Below, piece after piece: positions 6,794 through 15,151 of a stretch of DNA of 64,000 nt. How positions within the stretch are numbered: the first letter of the stretch is position 1; each line of letters starts with the position of its first letter. The position numbers and the translations under genes are program-made. Source of the DNA: a virus; IMG/VR virus record IMGVR_UViG_3300044796_000056, positions 12,221 to 76,220 of that record; one strand, given 5' to 3'. The notes under the pieces were generated by a model. That model was not told the DNA's origin, searched no databases, and saw only the letters and a program-made list of their open reading frames with translations.

Positions 6794-7399
6794 ATGTCAG
6801 CGATGGATGTGTTGGTTGTCGATAAGGGTGGAAACCCTCGGGACTGGTTGAACTACCAGGACACCGTTAAGGCTTACGCAGAGGATAGGGTTATTTGTAA
6901 CCTAGGATCTCACGTGCGCACTTATGTCGGTGGCCGCAATTCAACTGGCAAGCTCTCTAAGATTGAGATCTCATCTATTGTTATGGTCACCGGCCCAGTG
7001 CTTGGTGAGAAGTTCAAGTTCCGTGTAACCAAGTTCGCTGAGCGTCCTATTCTGTACGCTCGTGACTGCTACATGTGCGCTTACTGTGGTATCGTCCATA
7101 AGGACACGAAGTCAATTGATCTTCATTTGACCATTGATCATGTGATGCCTCGCTCACGCGGTGGTGATCACACTTGGACGAATACGGTAACGTCGTGCGC
7201 TGCTTGTAACCACGGTAAGGCAGACAGGACTCCGGAGGAAGCAGGAATGCAGCTTCTGTATGTTCCTTACGCACCTAACCTTCAGGAGAAGCTACTTCTG
7301 AAGAACCGCAAGGTGAAGGCCGATCAGATGGATTACTTGTTGTCTGTCATTCCGAAGACTTCAAGGATTCACCAGAACGTTCAACATTTGCGTAATTGA
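6794..7399 (+). CDS. HNH endonuclease (McrA-like)
   Basis: RD..MCAYCG...TIDHVMPRSRGG..W.N.VTSC..CN..K. Confidence 0.92.
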   Translation: MSAMDVLVVDKGGNPRDWLNYQDTVKAYAEDRVICNLGSHVRTYVGGRNSTGKLSKIEISSIVMVTGPVLGEKFKFRVTKFAERPILYARDCYMCAYCGIVHKDTKSIDLHLTIDHVMPRSRGGDHTWTNTVTSCAACNHGKADRTPEEAGMQLLYVPYAPNLQEKLLLKNRKVKADQMDYLLSVIPKTSRIHQNVQHLRN

Positions 7400-7402
7400 T
7401 AT

Positions 7403-7492
7403 AGAAGGTTGCCAGAGTGGTCTAATGGCGCAGTTTGCTAAACTGATGGTTCCGAAAGGGGCACAAGGGTTCAAATCCCTTACCTTCTGCCA
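7403..7492 (+). tRNA. tRNA-Ser(GCT)
   Basis: Loop TT GCT AA, long variable arm, GCCA. Confidence 0.92.
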
Positions 7493-7496
7493 GAGT

Positions 7497-7640
7497 TTCC
7501 GGTTAACCTCGTAAGAGGCCCAATCGGTTCGTTGAGTATAGAGGCTCAATGTTCAGGTATTGCAACCTGTGATAAGCCTTGGGACAAATAATGTCACTCC
7601 CGCCGTTGCTAAGTGGATAGGGCATAACAAACTCCGAGGA
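7497..7640 (+). ncRNA. Multibranched structured RNA
   Basis: CCTC-GTAA-GAGG, CCCAA/TTGGG, TTGAG/CTCAA, CAGGT/ACCTG. Confidence 0.45.
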
Positions 7641-7650
7641 TACATTTGAT

Positions 7651-7821
7651 ATGACGAGTAAAGAAGAGGTATGGGCCGATCGTTGCTTCGTCATGATGGA
7701 GATAAGGAATCTTGTTCCACTACTCCAGGGAGAGCTCCTTGCCCGGTACAACGAGTTCCTTCTCAAGCCGATTGAGTACCGCAACTATATTCGTGAACTG
7801 GTGATACATTATGACACGTGA
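7651..7821 (+). CDS. Hypothetical protein (56 aa)
   Basis: GAGGA SD; open frame overlapping next gene. Confidence 0.55.
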   Translation: MTSKEEVWADRCFVMMEIRNLVPLLQGELLARYNEFLLKPIEYRNYIRELVIHYDT

Positions 7822-8278
7822 CGCACAAACAATCGCAAAAGAACTTCAAGAGATCGAACGCAAGAAGCGCGACCTTCAAGATGAACAAACTAAGCTCTAC
7901 TGGGCTTCCGAGCGCTTGAAGCGCCAAGCCAAGAAGAGCACATTGACGGCTGGTAGCTGGGTGAATGGCATAGGCCAGATCATCACGACTGGAGATCTTT
8001 GTGTTGGTGTCACGGCTAACCGAGGAGCCAAAGTCACGGTTGGTACCTTTGCAGGATTCAGAGAACGTGGTGGCAAGGTCACTTCAGTCAGTCTGAACAT
8101 CATGAAGGAAGTCTATTACTACCAGACAACCGATGGTAAGCTTCACAAGCGATATCCTCTGGTTGATGGACGTAGGAACTACAGCATCTCTTACTCCAGA
8201 ATCAAGAAGCAAGAGATCCGCCGACAGTCATTCACACAGATGCGGGTTTACAAGATCCAACCGACGCAGACAGATTAA
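7811..8278 (+). CDS. Basic hypothetical protein, paralog of 8626-9150
   Basis: Shared N..G.II..GD....T...G motif and C-terminal RR......R.Y. Confidence 0.75.
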   Translation: MTRDAQTIAKELQEIERKKRDLQDEQTKLYWASERLKRQAKKSTLTAGSWVNGIGQIITTGDLCVGVTANRGAKVTVGTFAGFRERGGKVTSVSLNIMKEVYYYQTTDGKLHKRYPLVDGRRNYSISYSRIKKQEIRRQSFTQMRVYKIQPTQTD

Positions 8279-8361
8279 CGCGGCTGGATTAGCAGCCAAA
8301 CGGACGCCACACCGTCTGAGAGCCCAAGACCGGTTAAGGGTGCAGGAAATGTGGCACTGAT

Positions 8362-8602
8362 TCAACAAGTCGACCTAACGCGGCAGATAAGGATGTTTGT
8401 CGAGGAAGTTCGCGACTGGCGCAGAGGACGAGTAGGAGCGAAAGCGACAAACTACCGTGATACAGCCAGCAATCTAAACAGAACCAGGGAATCCTTTGCT
8501 TATTGGTTCGGGTTAGAGCACCCACTCAACGGAGTGGGATTGATCGAAAGGTCTTTAGGCAAATGTTAGGATAGAACAGAATCGCGGCTACGGACTTGTT
8601 GA
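8362..8602 (+). ncRNA. rnpB: RNase P RNA, compact, reduced specificity domain
   Basis: P1 TCAACAAGTC/GACTTGTTGA; P2 CCTAAC/GTTAGG; GAGGAAGTTCGCGA and AACAGAATCGCGGCTAC forming P4; P5 CTGGC/GCCAG; P6 GCAGAGGA/TCCTTTGC; P15/P16. Confidence 0.85.
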
Positions 8603-8625
8603 TAATTTATTAAGATGGAGTTAAT

Positions 8626-9150
8626 ATGGCATTGCGCAAACCAGTTGAACTTCCCTATGAGAATGATCTAGGTCACATCATCAATGTTGGTGATAAGGTC
8701 TTGATCGTAACTACCGGCTACAGTCACAGCGTCTCGGTACGCATGGGCACCTACCTGGGCAAGATCCGCGACGACAAGGACAGCGATTACGAATCTGGTT
8801 GTGTCGTGATGGTAGATGAAGAGCGCAGGGTTCTCCGTCACAAGGAAACCAATGAGGAGCTCGACTGGGAGAAACACATCGAACCGGCTACCGGTCCACG
8901 TCCTGAGTATCCCACACTACACCATGTGCAATGGCTGAGCAGAGTTCGTCTGACTGATGAACAGAACAAAGAGAATGCTGAACGCCAGGCAGCGCACAAG
9001 GTTGCCACCGATCTGTATAATGCTAAGCAGGTGGAAGTGATGAAGAACTTCCACCACGTCTATGAACCATACACTCGGCGCACAACTTTGCAGCGGAACC
9101 GGATCTATCCAGTGAACATGGGTCTCAAAGAGTTCATCCGACAGATCTAA
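8626..9150 (+). CDS. Hypothetical protein, paralog of 7811-8278
   Basis: GGAG SD; NDLGHIINVGDKVLIVTTG motif. Confidence 0.8.
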   Translation: MALRKPVELPYENDLGHIINVGDKVLIVTTGYSHSVSVRMGTYLGKIRDDKDSDYESGCVVMVDEERRVLRHKETNEELDWEKHIEPATGPRPEYPTLHHVQWLSRVRLTDEQNKENAERQAAHKVATDLYNAKQVEVMKNFHHVYEPYTRRTTLQRNRIYPVNMGLKEFIRQI

Positions 9151-9165
9151 TAAATATCTGATAAC

Positions 9166-9240
9166 GCTCTGTAAGTGTTACCGGTAGCACAGTTGTTTCG
9201 TAAGCAACAGGCTAGGGTTCGACTCCCTAACAGAGCACCA
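9166..9240 (+). tRNA. tRNA-Thr(CGT)
   Basis: GTTGT-TT CGT AA-GCAAC, ACCA. Confidence 0.9.
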
Positions 9241-9254
9241 CTTCAAGGATCCGC

Positions 9255-9569
9255 ATGCTTCCGATGATCAAGTGGACGGAGAAGCGCTCCCGGCAGCGCA
9301 ACATGACCCTACACAATCACGTAGCCGTCATGGTCATCAAAGATGGCAAACGTCTTTGGGGGAAAGTTCTCAACCTTTCAATTGGTGGCGCATTGATTCA
9401 CTTTGATGAAAGTTTGGAAGCCACTAAAAACAGTCGCTTGGAACTTGTTTTCACCAACGCGCTAAATAACGGCAAGCTAGTCAAGGTCTTCTTCAAGATG
9501 GGAACTGTGATCCACATCACAGGTGGCAATATTGGTCTAGCGATAGGAAATCGAACGATCAAACTCTAA
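9255..9569 (+). CDS. PilZ-domain protein
   Basis: EKRSRQR (RxxxR) and NLSIGG (D/NxSxxG) motifs. Confidence 0.8.
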   Translation: MLPMIKWTEKRSRQRNMTLHNHVAVMVIKDGKRLWGKVLNLSIGGALIHFDESLEATKNSRLELVFTNALNNGKLVKVFFKMGTVIHITGGNIGLAIGNRTIKL

Positions 9570-9666
9570 ACCTTCCAGGAGCTCCATGCTCACCTTAATC
9601 ACCATTTCTGCTGGTATTTTGGTCACACTTTACTTCTGTGCTGTGTTCGAGTATAATAGTCGTCAT

Positions 9667-10119
9667 ATGAACAAGACTCTCTACATCGTCCGAGGCCTGC
9701 CAGGTTCTGGTAAGTCTACTCTTGCGGCCCAAATGGCCGAGGAGAAGGGTATCACCTACCATGAGACCGACCAATTCCTCTACAACGATGCTGGTGTCTA
9801 TGAATGGTCAGAGGAACGGCTGGGCCGAGCTATTGACCTTTGCTATGATCAGGTTTTGTCCAAGATCAACGACGGCAAGTCTGTGATAGCCGTTGGTTGC
9901 TACACCCGCTGGCGCGCCTTCCGTGACTATGTGGAATTGGGTCACAAGCACGGCTACCAGGTAGAGATCATCACTTGCCTGGGCGAGTTTGGATCCATCC
10001 ACGGGATTCCAAAGGACAAGTACGAGAAGATGAAGACCCGTTTCATCGCCAGCAAGGCTCTCCCTCAGCAAGCCGGTATCAAGTACACCGAGCATCTGCC
10101 AGAACCGTGCTTGTTTTGA
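9667..10119 (+). CDS. P-loop kinase (PNK/AAA_33-like)
   Basis: LYIVRGLPGSGKST; start chosen downstream of TATAAT. Confidence 0.85.
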   Translation: MNKTLYIVRGLPGSGKSTLAAQMAEEKGITYHETDQFLYNDAGVYEWSEERLGRAIDLCYDQVLSKINDGKSVIAVGCYTRWRAFRDYVELGHKHGYQVEIITCLGEFGSIHGIPKDKYEKMKTRFIASKALPQQAGIKYTEHLPEPCLF

Positions 10120-10322
10120 CCAGATTCTGTTCTTACAGAACCGGATAGACGAACTGTCGGAGGAGATCTCCTCCCTTCGGGCATTAAGTAAAATGACTCA
10201 GTCACAAGGCCACCTCTCTGCCATCCGGCTCCTAGAGACGAGGAGAGATTCCTTTCTACAGGCCATCGAGCTATGGCGCGCCGTTCTGAAGGTCTACCCG
10301 AACATTGAAGAAGTTCAGAACC

Positions 10323-10394
10323 GTTAACTAGCGCTCGAAAATATCTTAAGAATAAGTTAAATCAGCAACTATTCATAAGAATTAGGCGTATAAT
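10323..10394 (+). promoter_or_regulatory. Repeated early promoter cassette, copy A
   Basis: GTTAACTAG...TAAGTTAAATCAGCA...GCGTATAAT. Confidence 0.75.
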
Positions 10395-10401
10395 AGTCCA
10401 C

Positions 10402-10626
10402 ATGAATAAAGAAATACCTGCTCGTTTCGTCGGCCGCGTCGGTGATCGTCTCCTAGTGAATGCTAGTGAGTTCCTCGGTACTCCGGCTGCTATGTCCACC
10501 GTCGTTGAAGTCACTGACTTCGGCTATCTGGTTCACGTTGACGGTGATGAGCCTGAGTGGTTTGGTCCTGTGGATTTCGACGGTAACGTCCTGATTGAAT
10601 CTCCCTCCGGCTTGGTGCGCGCCTAA
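10402..10626 (+). CDS. Early hypothetical protein
   Basis: ATG 7 nt after TATAAT. Confidence 0.7.
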   Translation: MNKEIPARFVGRVGDRLLVNASEFLGTPAAMSTVVEVTDFGYLVHVDGDEPEWFGPVDFDGNVLIESPSGLVRA

Positions 10627-10868
10627 TGTACAAAGTCTTCGACAAGCGTATTTCTGGAATGAAGTACGAGCTCCGTGAGATCCAGCCTACCCTCGGCAAG
10701 AACTACTGGATCGTCCGCGATGAGACCGGCAAGATGGTCGCTCTTTGCTTCGACAACATCTACCTTTTCCCTCTCGCTTCCCACTACGCTCTGATCTTGG
10801 ATGAGAAAGCTCAGCAGGCGTATGATCTTGCCCGCGATCAACAGGACGCGGCTGAAGCGTACCGCTGA
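10626..10868 (+). CDS. Early hypothetical protein
   Basis: TAATG coupling with the previous gene. Confidence 0.7.
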   Translation: MYKVFDKRISGMKYELREIQPTLGKNYWIVRDETGKMVALCFDNIYLFPLASHYALILDEKAQQAYDLARDQQDAAEAYR

Positions 10869-10920
10869 CGAAGATGAAGAGCGTGCACGACGTGCACTGT
10901 ACGACACCGTCATCGTGTGC

Positions 10921-11004
10921 TAAACCGGTACTAGTTAACGTTCTGGAAATATTGTTCGCTATTAAGTTAAATTAGCACCCTAAGTGACAGATTAAGCGTA
11001 TAAT
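10921..11004 (+). promoter_or_regulatory. Repeated early promoter cassette, copy B
   Basis: CGGTACTAGTTAACGTT...TGTTCG...TAAGTTAAAT.AGCACCCTAAGTG...GCGTATAAT. Confidence 0.85.
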
Positions 11005-11011
11005 ACTTCCC

Positions 11012-11254
11012 ATGACTACAGAAACTGAAAAGCGCAAGGAAGCCACCCAGGCCAAGGCCGCTGCGTTCATCGCCGCTGTCCAGGCTGTGATGAAGGCTCA
11101 TGAAGTCACCGAGTTTGCGGTGCACATGGAGTCTGGTCGCGGCTGGGAAGGTTACACTGGCGCGCACATTGAGATCGAGTTTGCGTCGCATTCGACGGAA
11201 GCCGGTTACGAGTACTTCGACACGACTGAGATTTCTGGGATTGAGGTAAAGTAA
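11012..11254 (+). CDS. Early hypothetical protein
   Basis: ATG directly after cassette. Confidence 0.7.
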   Translation: MTTETEKRKEATQAKAAAFIAAVQAVMKAHEVTEFAVHMESGRGWEGYTGAHIEIEFASHSTEAGYEYFDTTEISGIEVK

Positions 11255-11627
11255 TGACTCTCAAGATCAAGTGGAAGGTTGCCGATGCGCCGACTGGCCG
11301 GTATCGTTCTTTTCAGAGCCGCTCCTGGCCGTCTGCGTCTGTGAACGACAAGCAGGTCGCCTATGTGGTCTGCAAGTTCACCGGTGATCAGGGTGCCCTC
11401 TTCGCTGACTACAAAGCGCGTCTGGCCAAGGACTGCTCTTCTGGTTGGGGTCCCGCTGAGTTGATCGTGAAGATCGCTGACTACCATGGTGATCCTCTCA
11501 ACCCAACGCCTCCTTCGTCTGGAAGCAGTTGAAGGCTCGTTTTCAGAACATGGATGATGTGAAGGCTGCCGTGCTGGCGTTCTACACCAAGAATCCTGAC
11601 TGGTTGCCCAAGGAACAAGTCAAGTGA
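11254..11627 (+). CDS. Early hypothetical protein, frameshifted near 11502
   Basis: Adding one base in the CCC run extends the frame to a GTGA overlap with the next gene. Confidence 0.6.
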
Positions 11628-11824
11628 TACTCGAAGGCATTACACAGAAAGGCCGGAACCGCGTCAACGAGCTAGGCTCGGAATGGCAGTTGGTGCGGGT
11701 GGCCGATTCTGTTCAATTCAATCCGGAGCGCGGCCCATGGCTGCTGGTTCAACCTCCCGGTCGGCCGGACAAGAGCCGCTGGGTGCATCACCGCCATGAT
11801 CCTGACTTCAAAGTGATCCAGTAA
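11624..11824 (+). CDS. Early hypothetical protein
   Basis: AAGGA SD; ends at next cassette. Confidence 0.65.
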   Translation: MILEGITQKGRNRVNELGSEWQLVRVADSVQFNPERGPWLLVQPPGRPDKSRWVHHRHDPDFKVIQ

Positions 11825-11904
11825 ACGGTACTAGTTAACGTTTCGTAAATGTTGTTCGAAAATAAGTTAAATCAGCACCCTAAGTGACCGATTAAGCGTA
11901 TAAT
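11822..11904 (+). promoter_or_regulatory. Repeated early promoter cassette, copy C
   Basis: Near-identical to copy B. Confidence 0.85.
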
Positions 11905-11911
11905 ACTCTGT

Positions 11912-12130
11912 ATGCTAACTACTAAACAACAGATTGAAATGTGCGGTGAAACCTTCGCCGATCTTAAGGCCGGATACGAGCAGGCGCTCGGTCACAAATT
12001 GGTCTACGTTTCCGGTTTCCTCAGCGACGCCCAGGAAATGATGGTCCACGGTCAGACGGAGGGTGCCCGCAAGATTCTGAACGCGGCCAAATACCTCCTG
12101 TCCCTTCAAGTCGAAAAGGATCTGTCGTAA
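11912..12130 (+). CDS. Early hypothetical protein
   Basis: ATG directly after cassette. Confidence 0.7.
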   Translation: MLTTKQQIEMCGETFADLKAGYEQALGHKLVYVSGFLSDAQEMMVHGQTEGARKILNAAKYLLSLQVEKDLS

Positions 12131-12495
12131 TGATCAGCAAACAGCATGCGCAACTCGTCCACAGGGACCTCCTGGCCGCTATCGACGCGGTTTGTAAGGA
12201 CCACGGACTGACGCGCGTCAAGAGCTCCCTCTCCTACGGTGCCATGTTTGACATGCGCCTGCAATTGCAGACAGCCGGTGGACCTACCAAGGAAGAGGTC
12301 ACCTACAACCGGTATGCGCCGTTCCTGCGTCTGCCGCCGCTCCACACCAAGTTCAACCACGACAGCTTCGAAGTTGTGGGTCTGCGCGTTGGTGGTCCGT
12401 ACAAGTCGCTGATCTACAAGAATCTGGCGAACAACAAGCTGTACAAGATGTCCGTCCAAGACGCCATCACAACCTACCCGGATCTGCGCAAGTGA
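12130..12495 (+). CDS. Early hypothetical protein
   Basis: Stop/start coupling. Confidence 0.7.
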   Translation: MISKQHAQLVHRDLLAAIDAVCKDHGLTRVKSSLSYGAMFDMRLQLQTAGGPTKEEVTYNRYAPFLRLPPLHTKFNHDSFEVVGLRVGGPYKSLIYKNLANNKLYKMSVQDAITTYPDLRK

Positions 12496-12719
12496 GTGGT
12501 TTCGTGTTCAAAGCCGGTCCGCCCAAGGCATGTGAGGCAGCTTCGATCAAACAGATCGAGGCGCTCGCCAACCAGAAGGCAGCGGCTATCACTGGCGCGA
12601 AGTCGGTTGGCGGTGGCACCATCAAGGTGTTCACGGCTCCACACGTTCCCTTCAATTACTACATCAAGGACAGCGCGGCTCTCCGTAAGATCCTCGCGCG
12701 GTTCGGAGTGGAAATCTAA
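12492..12719 (+). CDS. Early hypothetical protein
   Basis: GTGA coupling. Confidence 0.65.
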   Translation: MSGFVFKAGPPKACEAASIKQIEALANQKAAAITGAKSVGGGTIKVFTAPHVPFNYYIKDSAALRKILARFGVEI

Positions 12720-12943
12720 TGTACGGCATCACTGTCACCAACTGGACCGAGGCAACTCGCACGCGACTTCAATTCGGTTGCTTCGATGTGGCACAGGTCG
12801 TCAAGACCAAGCTGGAAGCATTGGACCTACGCTCCATGAATTGGGACATCGGCCCGATCGAACAGATCAGCACAGCCGGTTACGATCGCGGCAGCAATGA
12901 GAAGGCTCGTGCCGACCTGATCATGTACATCCTTCTGTCATAA
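12719..12943 (+). CDS. Early hypothetical protein
   Basis: TAATG coupling. Confidence 0.65.
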   Translation: MYGITVTNWTEATRTRLQFGCFDVAQVVKTKLEALDLRSMNWDIGPIEQISTAGYDRGSNEKARADLIMYILLS

Positions 12944-13024
12944 ACCGGTACTAGTTAACGTTCCGGTAATTCTGTTCGCAATTAAGTTAAATCGTGCCCC
13001 TTTCTGTACGATTCAGCGTATAAT
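12941..13024 (+). promoter_or_regulatory. Repeated early promoter cassette, copy D
   Basis: Same motif blocks and spacing. Confidence 0.8.
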
Positions 13025-13047
13025 GGCTACATGATTAAGAGAACACC

Positions 13048-13341
13048 ATGCGCTTCAAACCTCTGAAAAACACGACACGACTTTGTTTCCGTTTCGATGA
13101 TTGTCATGAGTACAACGTCAGCATCACGACGCTGGACCGGACCATCGGCTCGGCACACCATCTGCGAGCAGCCCATGCGGCGTTGCGTGCGCTCGAAGCA
13201 GTCCGGCGCGTTTCCTATGAAATCGGCGATCGTCTGGATGATAAAGTCAAGGATGATACGGAAGTCTGGTCTCCCAAGGTCGAAGGTTGCTGGGATGGTG
13301 AGAACGTCTCTGTGGAGATCCTTCCCAAGCGAAAACGTTAA
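13048..13341 (+). CDS. Early hypothetical protein
   Basis: ORF between cassettes D and E. Confidence 0.6.
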   Translation: MRFKPLKNTTRLCFRFDDCHEYNVSITTLDRTIGSAHHLRAAHAALRALEAVRRVSYEIGDRLDDKVKDDTEVWSPKVEGCWDGENVSVEILPKRKR

Positions 13342-13414
13342 CTCGTCACGCTTTCAAAAGATTGTTCGGGAATAAGTTAAATCAGGAACCTTTCCGCCAA
13401 AACAGGCGTATAAT
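13337..13414 (+). promoter_or_regulatory. Repeated early promoter cassette, copy E
   Basis: GTTAACTCG...TGTTCG...TAAGTTAAATCAG...GCGTATAAT. Confidence 0.75.
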
Positions 13415-13421
13415 ACCTCCC

Positions 13422-13607
13422 ATGATCAAGCTAACGAAAGAACAGAAGAAAGCGCTCACCGCGTACAACTACGCGCTGCAGCAGGAAGACCGTTACATGG
13501 GCTCTGTGTTTGTCACGGCCCACGGCCAGCGGCTCCAGGAAGCCAAGACCAAGGTAGCCTATGACGCCTGCAAGGCTCTCGGCATGACCCACGAACACGG
13601 TCTGTAA
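13422..13607 (+). CDS. Early hypothetical protein
   Basis: ATG 7 nt after TATAAT. Confidence 0.7.
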   Translation: MIKLTKEQKKALTAYNYALQQEDRYMGSVFVTAHGQRLQEAKTKVAYDACKALGMTHEHGL

Positions 13608-13644
13608 AACTCTTACAACAGAACAAGGTATAATAGGAACCATC

Positions 13645-14517
13645 ATGTCATTCTCACCCATGCTCGCGGACAACGCACCGAAAGTGCTCAAGTATCCGCT
13701 CCTGGCTTCCTCCAAGCTTGACGGCATCCGATGTACCGTGATCAACGGTGTGGCCATGAGCCGCTCCTTCAAACCGCTGCCCAACCAACACATCCAAAAG
13801 ATGCTGTCGGAAGGCTTCGACGGTTTGGACGGTGAATTGATCGTCGGTCCGGTCGGCGCGAAGGACGTCTTCAACAAGACCACCAGCGCCGTCATGCGCC
13901 GTGAAGGCACTCCGGACTTCGTGTTCTACGTGTTCGACAACATCTACGCGGGCGACGGTGTACCTTTCTGCGAGCGCTATGAATCGCTCCTGAAGATGGA
14001 TATCCCGGCTCCTGGTCAAGTGCTCCGGCACAACCTGATCACCAACGAAGACGAGCTCAATGCCTATGAGTCCAGCGTGCTGGCCAATGGCTTGGAGGGT
14101 CTCATCGTTCGTGATCCGCAGGGTCCGTACAAGAATGGCCGCAGCACTGCCAAGCAGGGCTGGATGCTGAAGATCAAACGTTTCACCGACTCGGAAGCTG
14201 AAATCATCGACTTCCAAGAGGAAATGGAGAATGGCAACGTGGCGACGAAGGATGCCTTCGGTCGCACGGAACGCTCCAGCCACCAGGACAACCTGATCCC
14301 GAAAGGCACCCTTGGTGCGCTCGTGGTCAAGGACATCAAGACTGGCGTCAAGTTCAACATTGGAACCGGCTTCACAGCTGCTATGCGCAAGGACTACTGG
14401 GACAGCCGCAAGAAATTGATGGGCAAGCTAGTCAAGTACAAGTTCTTTGAGGTCGGCACCAAGGACGCTCCGAGGCATCCAGTTTTTATAGGATTTCGGG
14501 ACAGGATGGACCTGTGA
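13645..14517 (+). CDS. ATP-dependent DNA ligase, minimal
   Basis: KLDGIR motif I, DGEL, EGLIVR, KIKRF, C-terminal OB with RHPVF. Confidence 0.95.
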   Translation: MSFSPMLADNAPKVLKYPLLASSKLDGIRCTVINGVAMSRSFKPLPNQHIQKMLSEGFDGLDGELIVGPVGAKDVFNKTTSAVMRREGTPDFVFYVFDNIYAGDGVPFCERYESLLKMDIPAPGQVLRHNLITNEDELNAYESSVLANGLEGLIVRDPQGPYKNGRSTAKQGWMLKIKRFTDSEAEIIDFQEEMENGNVATKDAFGRTERSSHQDNLIPKGTLGALVVKDIKTGVKFNIGTGFTAAMRKDYWDSRKKLMGKLVKYKFFEVGTKDAPRHPVFIGFRDRMDL

Positions 14518-14729
14518 TGGACAAGCAACCTGCTCAAACACTCGAGATTCTGAGAGAATGGATGAAACCCATCGTTCAGAAGCGTGCCGAAGCAAAGGCT
14601 GAAGAAAGTGCTCGGTTCCGGGAGAACCTACTCACCGAAATCTGCTACCGAGGATTTGCTTACAACGTGCGTTCCCAGTCCGGTATTGATAGTTTGCGTC
14701 GAGCGATTGAACGTAATGGTGAAGCATGA
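14514..14729 (+). CDS. Hypothetical protein
   Basis: Coupled ORF. Confidence 0.6.
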   Translation: MMDKQPAQTLEILREWMKPIVQKRAEAKAEESARFRENLLTEICYRGFAYNVRSQSGIDSLRRAIERNGEA

Positions 14730-15115
14730 AGAACATTATGAAAACTATGATCGCTTTGTTGATGTTTTCCGCTGTTGCATCGGCCGCTGATTGGCAATAC
14801 GTGGACACTAACGGCCAGCCGTTCACGAATCGGGGAAATAATATTTTCTATGACAAGGCATCCGTTGTCATTAACGGCGACAGTAGAAAGGTATGGTTGA
14901 AGTTCCATCCTGTGGGACCAAAAGCTTCTGGTCCCGATAGCGACCAACTGTGGTCCATACGTTGCCACGACCGGCAGTACAAGATACTGGTTTTAATGGA
15001 TGGGAGAGGAAATGATCTCGCGGCTCCCGACAATCCATATCTTCGCCACGACTACATAGACATTGAACCAGACACGTGGATGGAAGACTTATTGACCCAA
15101 GTTTGCGCTCACTGA
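14726..15115 (+). CDS. Exported protein, surface-adhesin E-like
   Basis: Signal peptide ASA-ADW; FYDKASV, KVWLK, two Cys. Confidence 0.6.
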   Translation: MKNIMKTMIALLMFSAVASAADWQYVDTNGQPFTNRGNNIFYDKASVVINGDSRKVWLKFHPVGPKASGPDSDQLWSIRCHDRQYKILVLMDGRGNDLAAPDNPYLRHDYIDIEPDTWMEDLLTQVCAH

Positions 15116-15151
15116 TCACTTCATCAAACACCTCATCGAAAAGATTAGATC

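Noticed and set aside
8351-8569. 72-aa ORF
   Set aside because: Coincides with the RNase P RNA, which explains the sequence better.
10950-10972. TTAAGTTAAAT as an XerD arm of a dif/pdif site
   Set aside because: No XerC-like arm 6 nt upstream; fixed spacing to TATAAT favours a promoter element.
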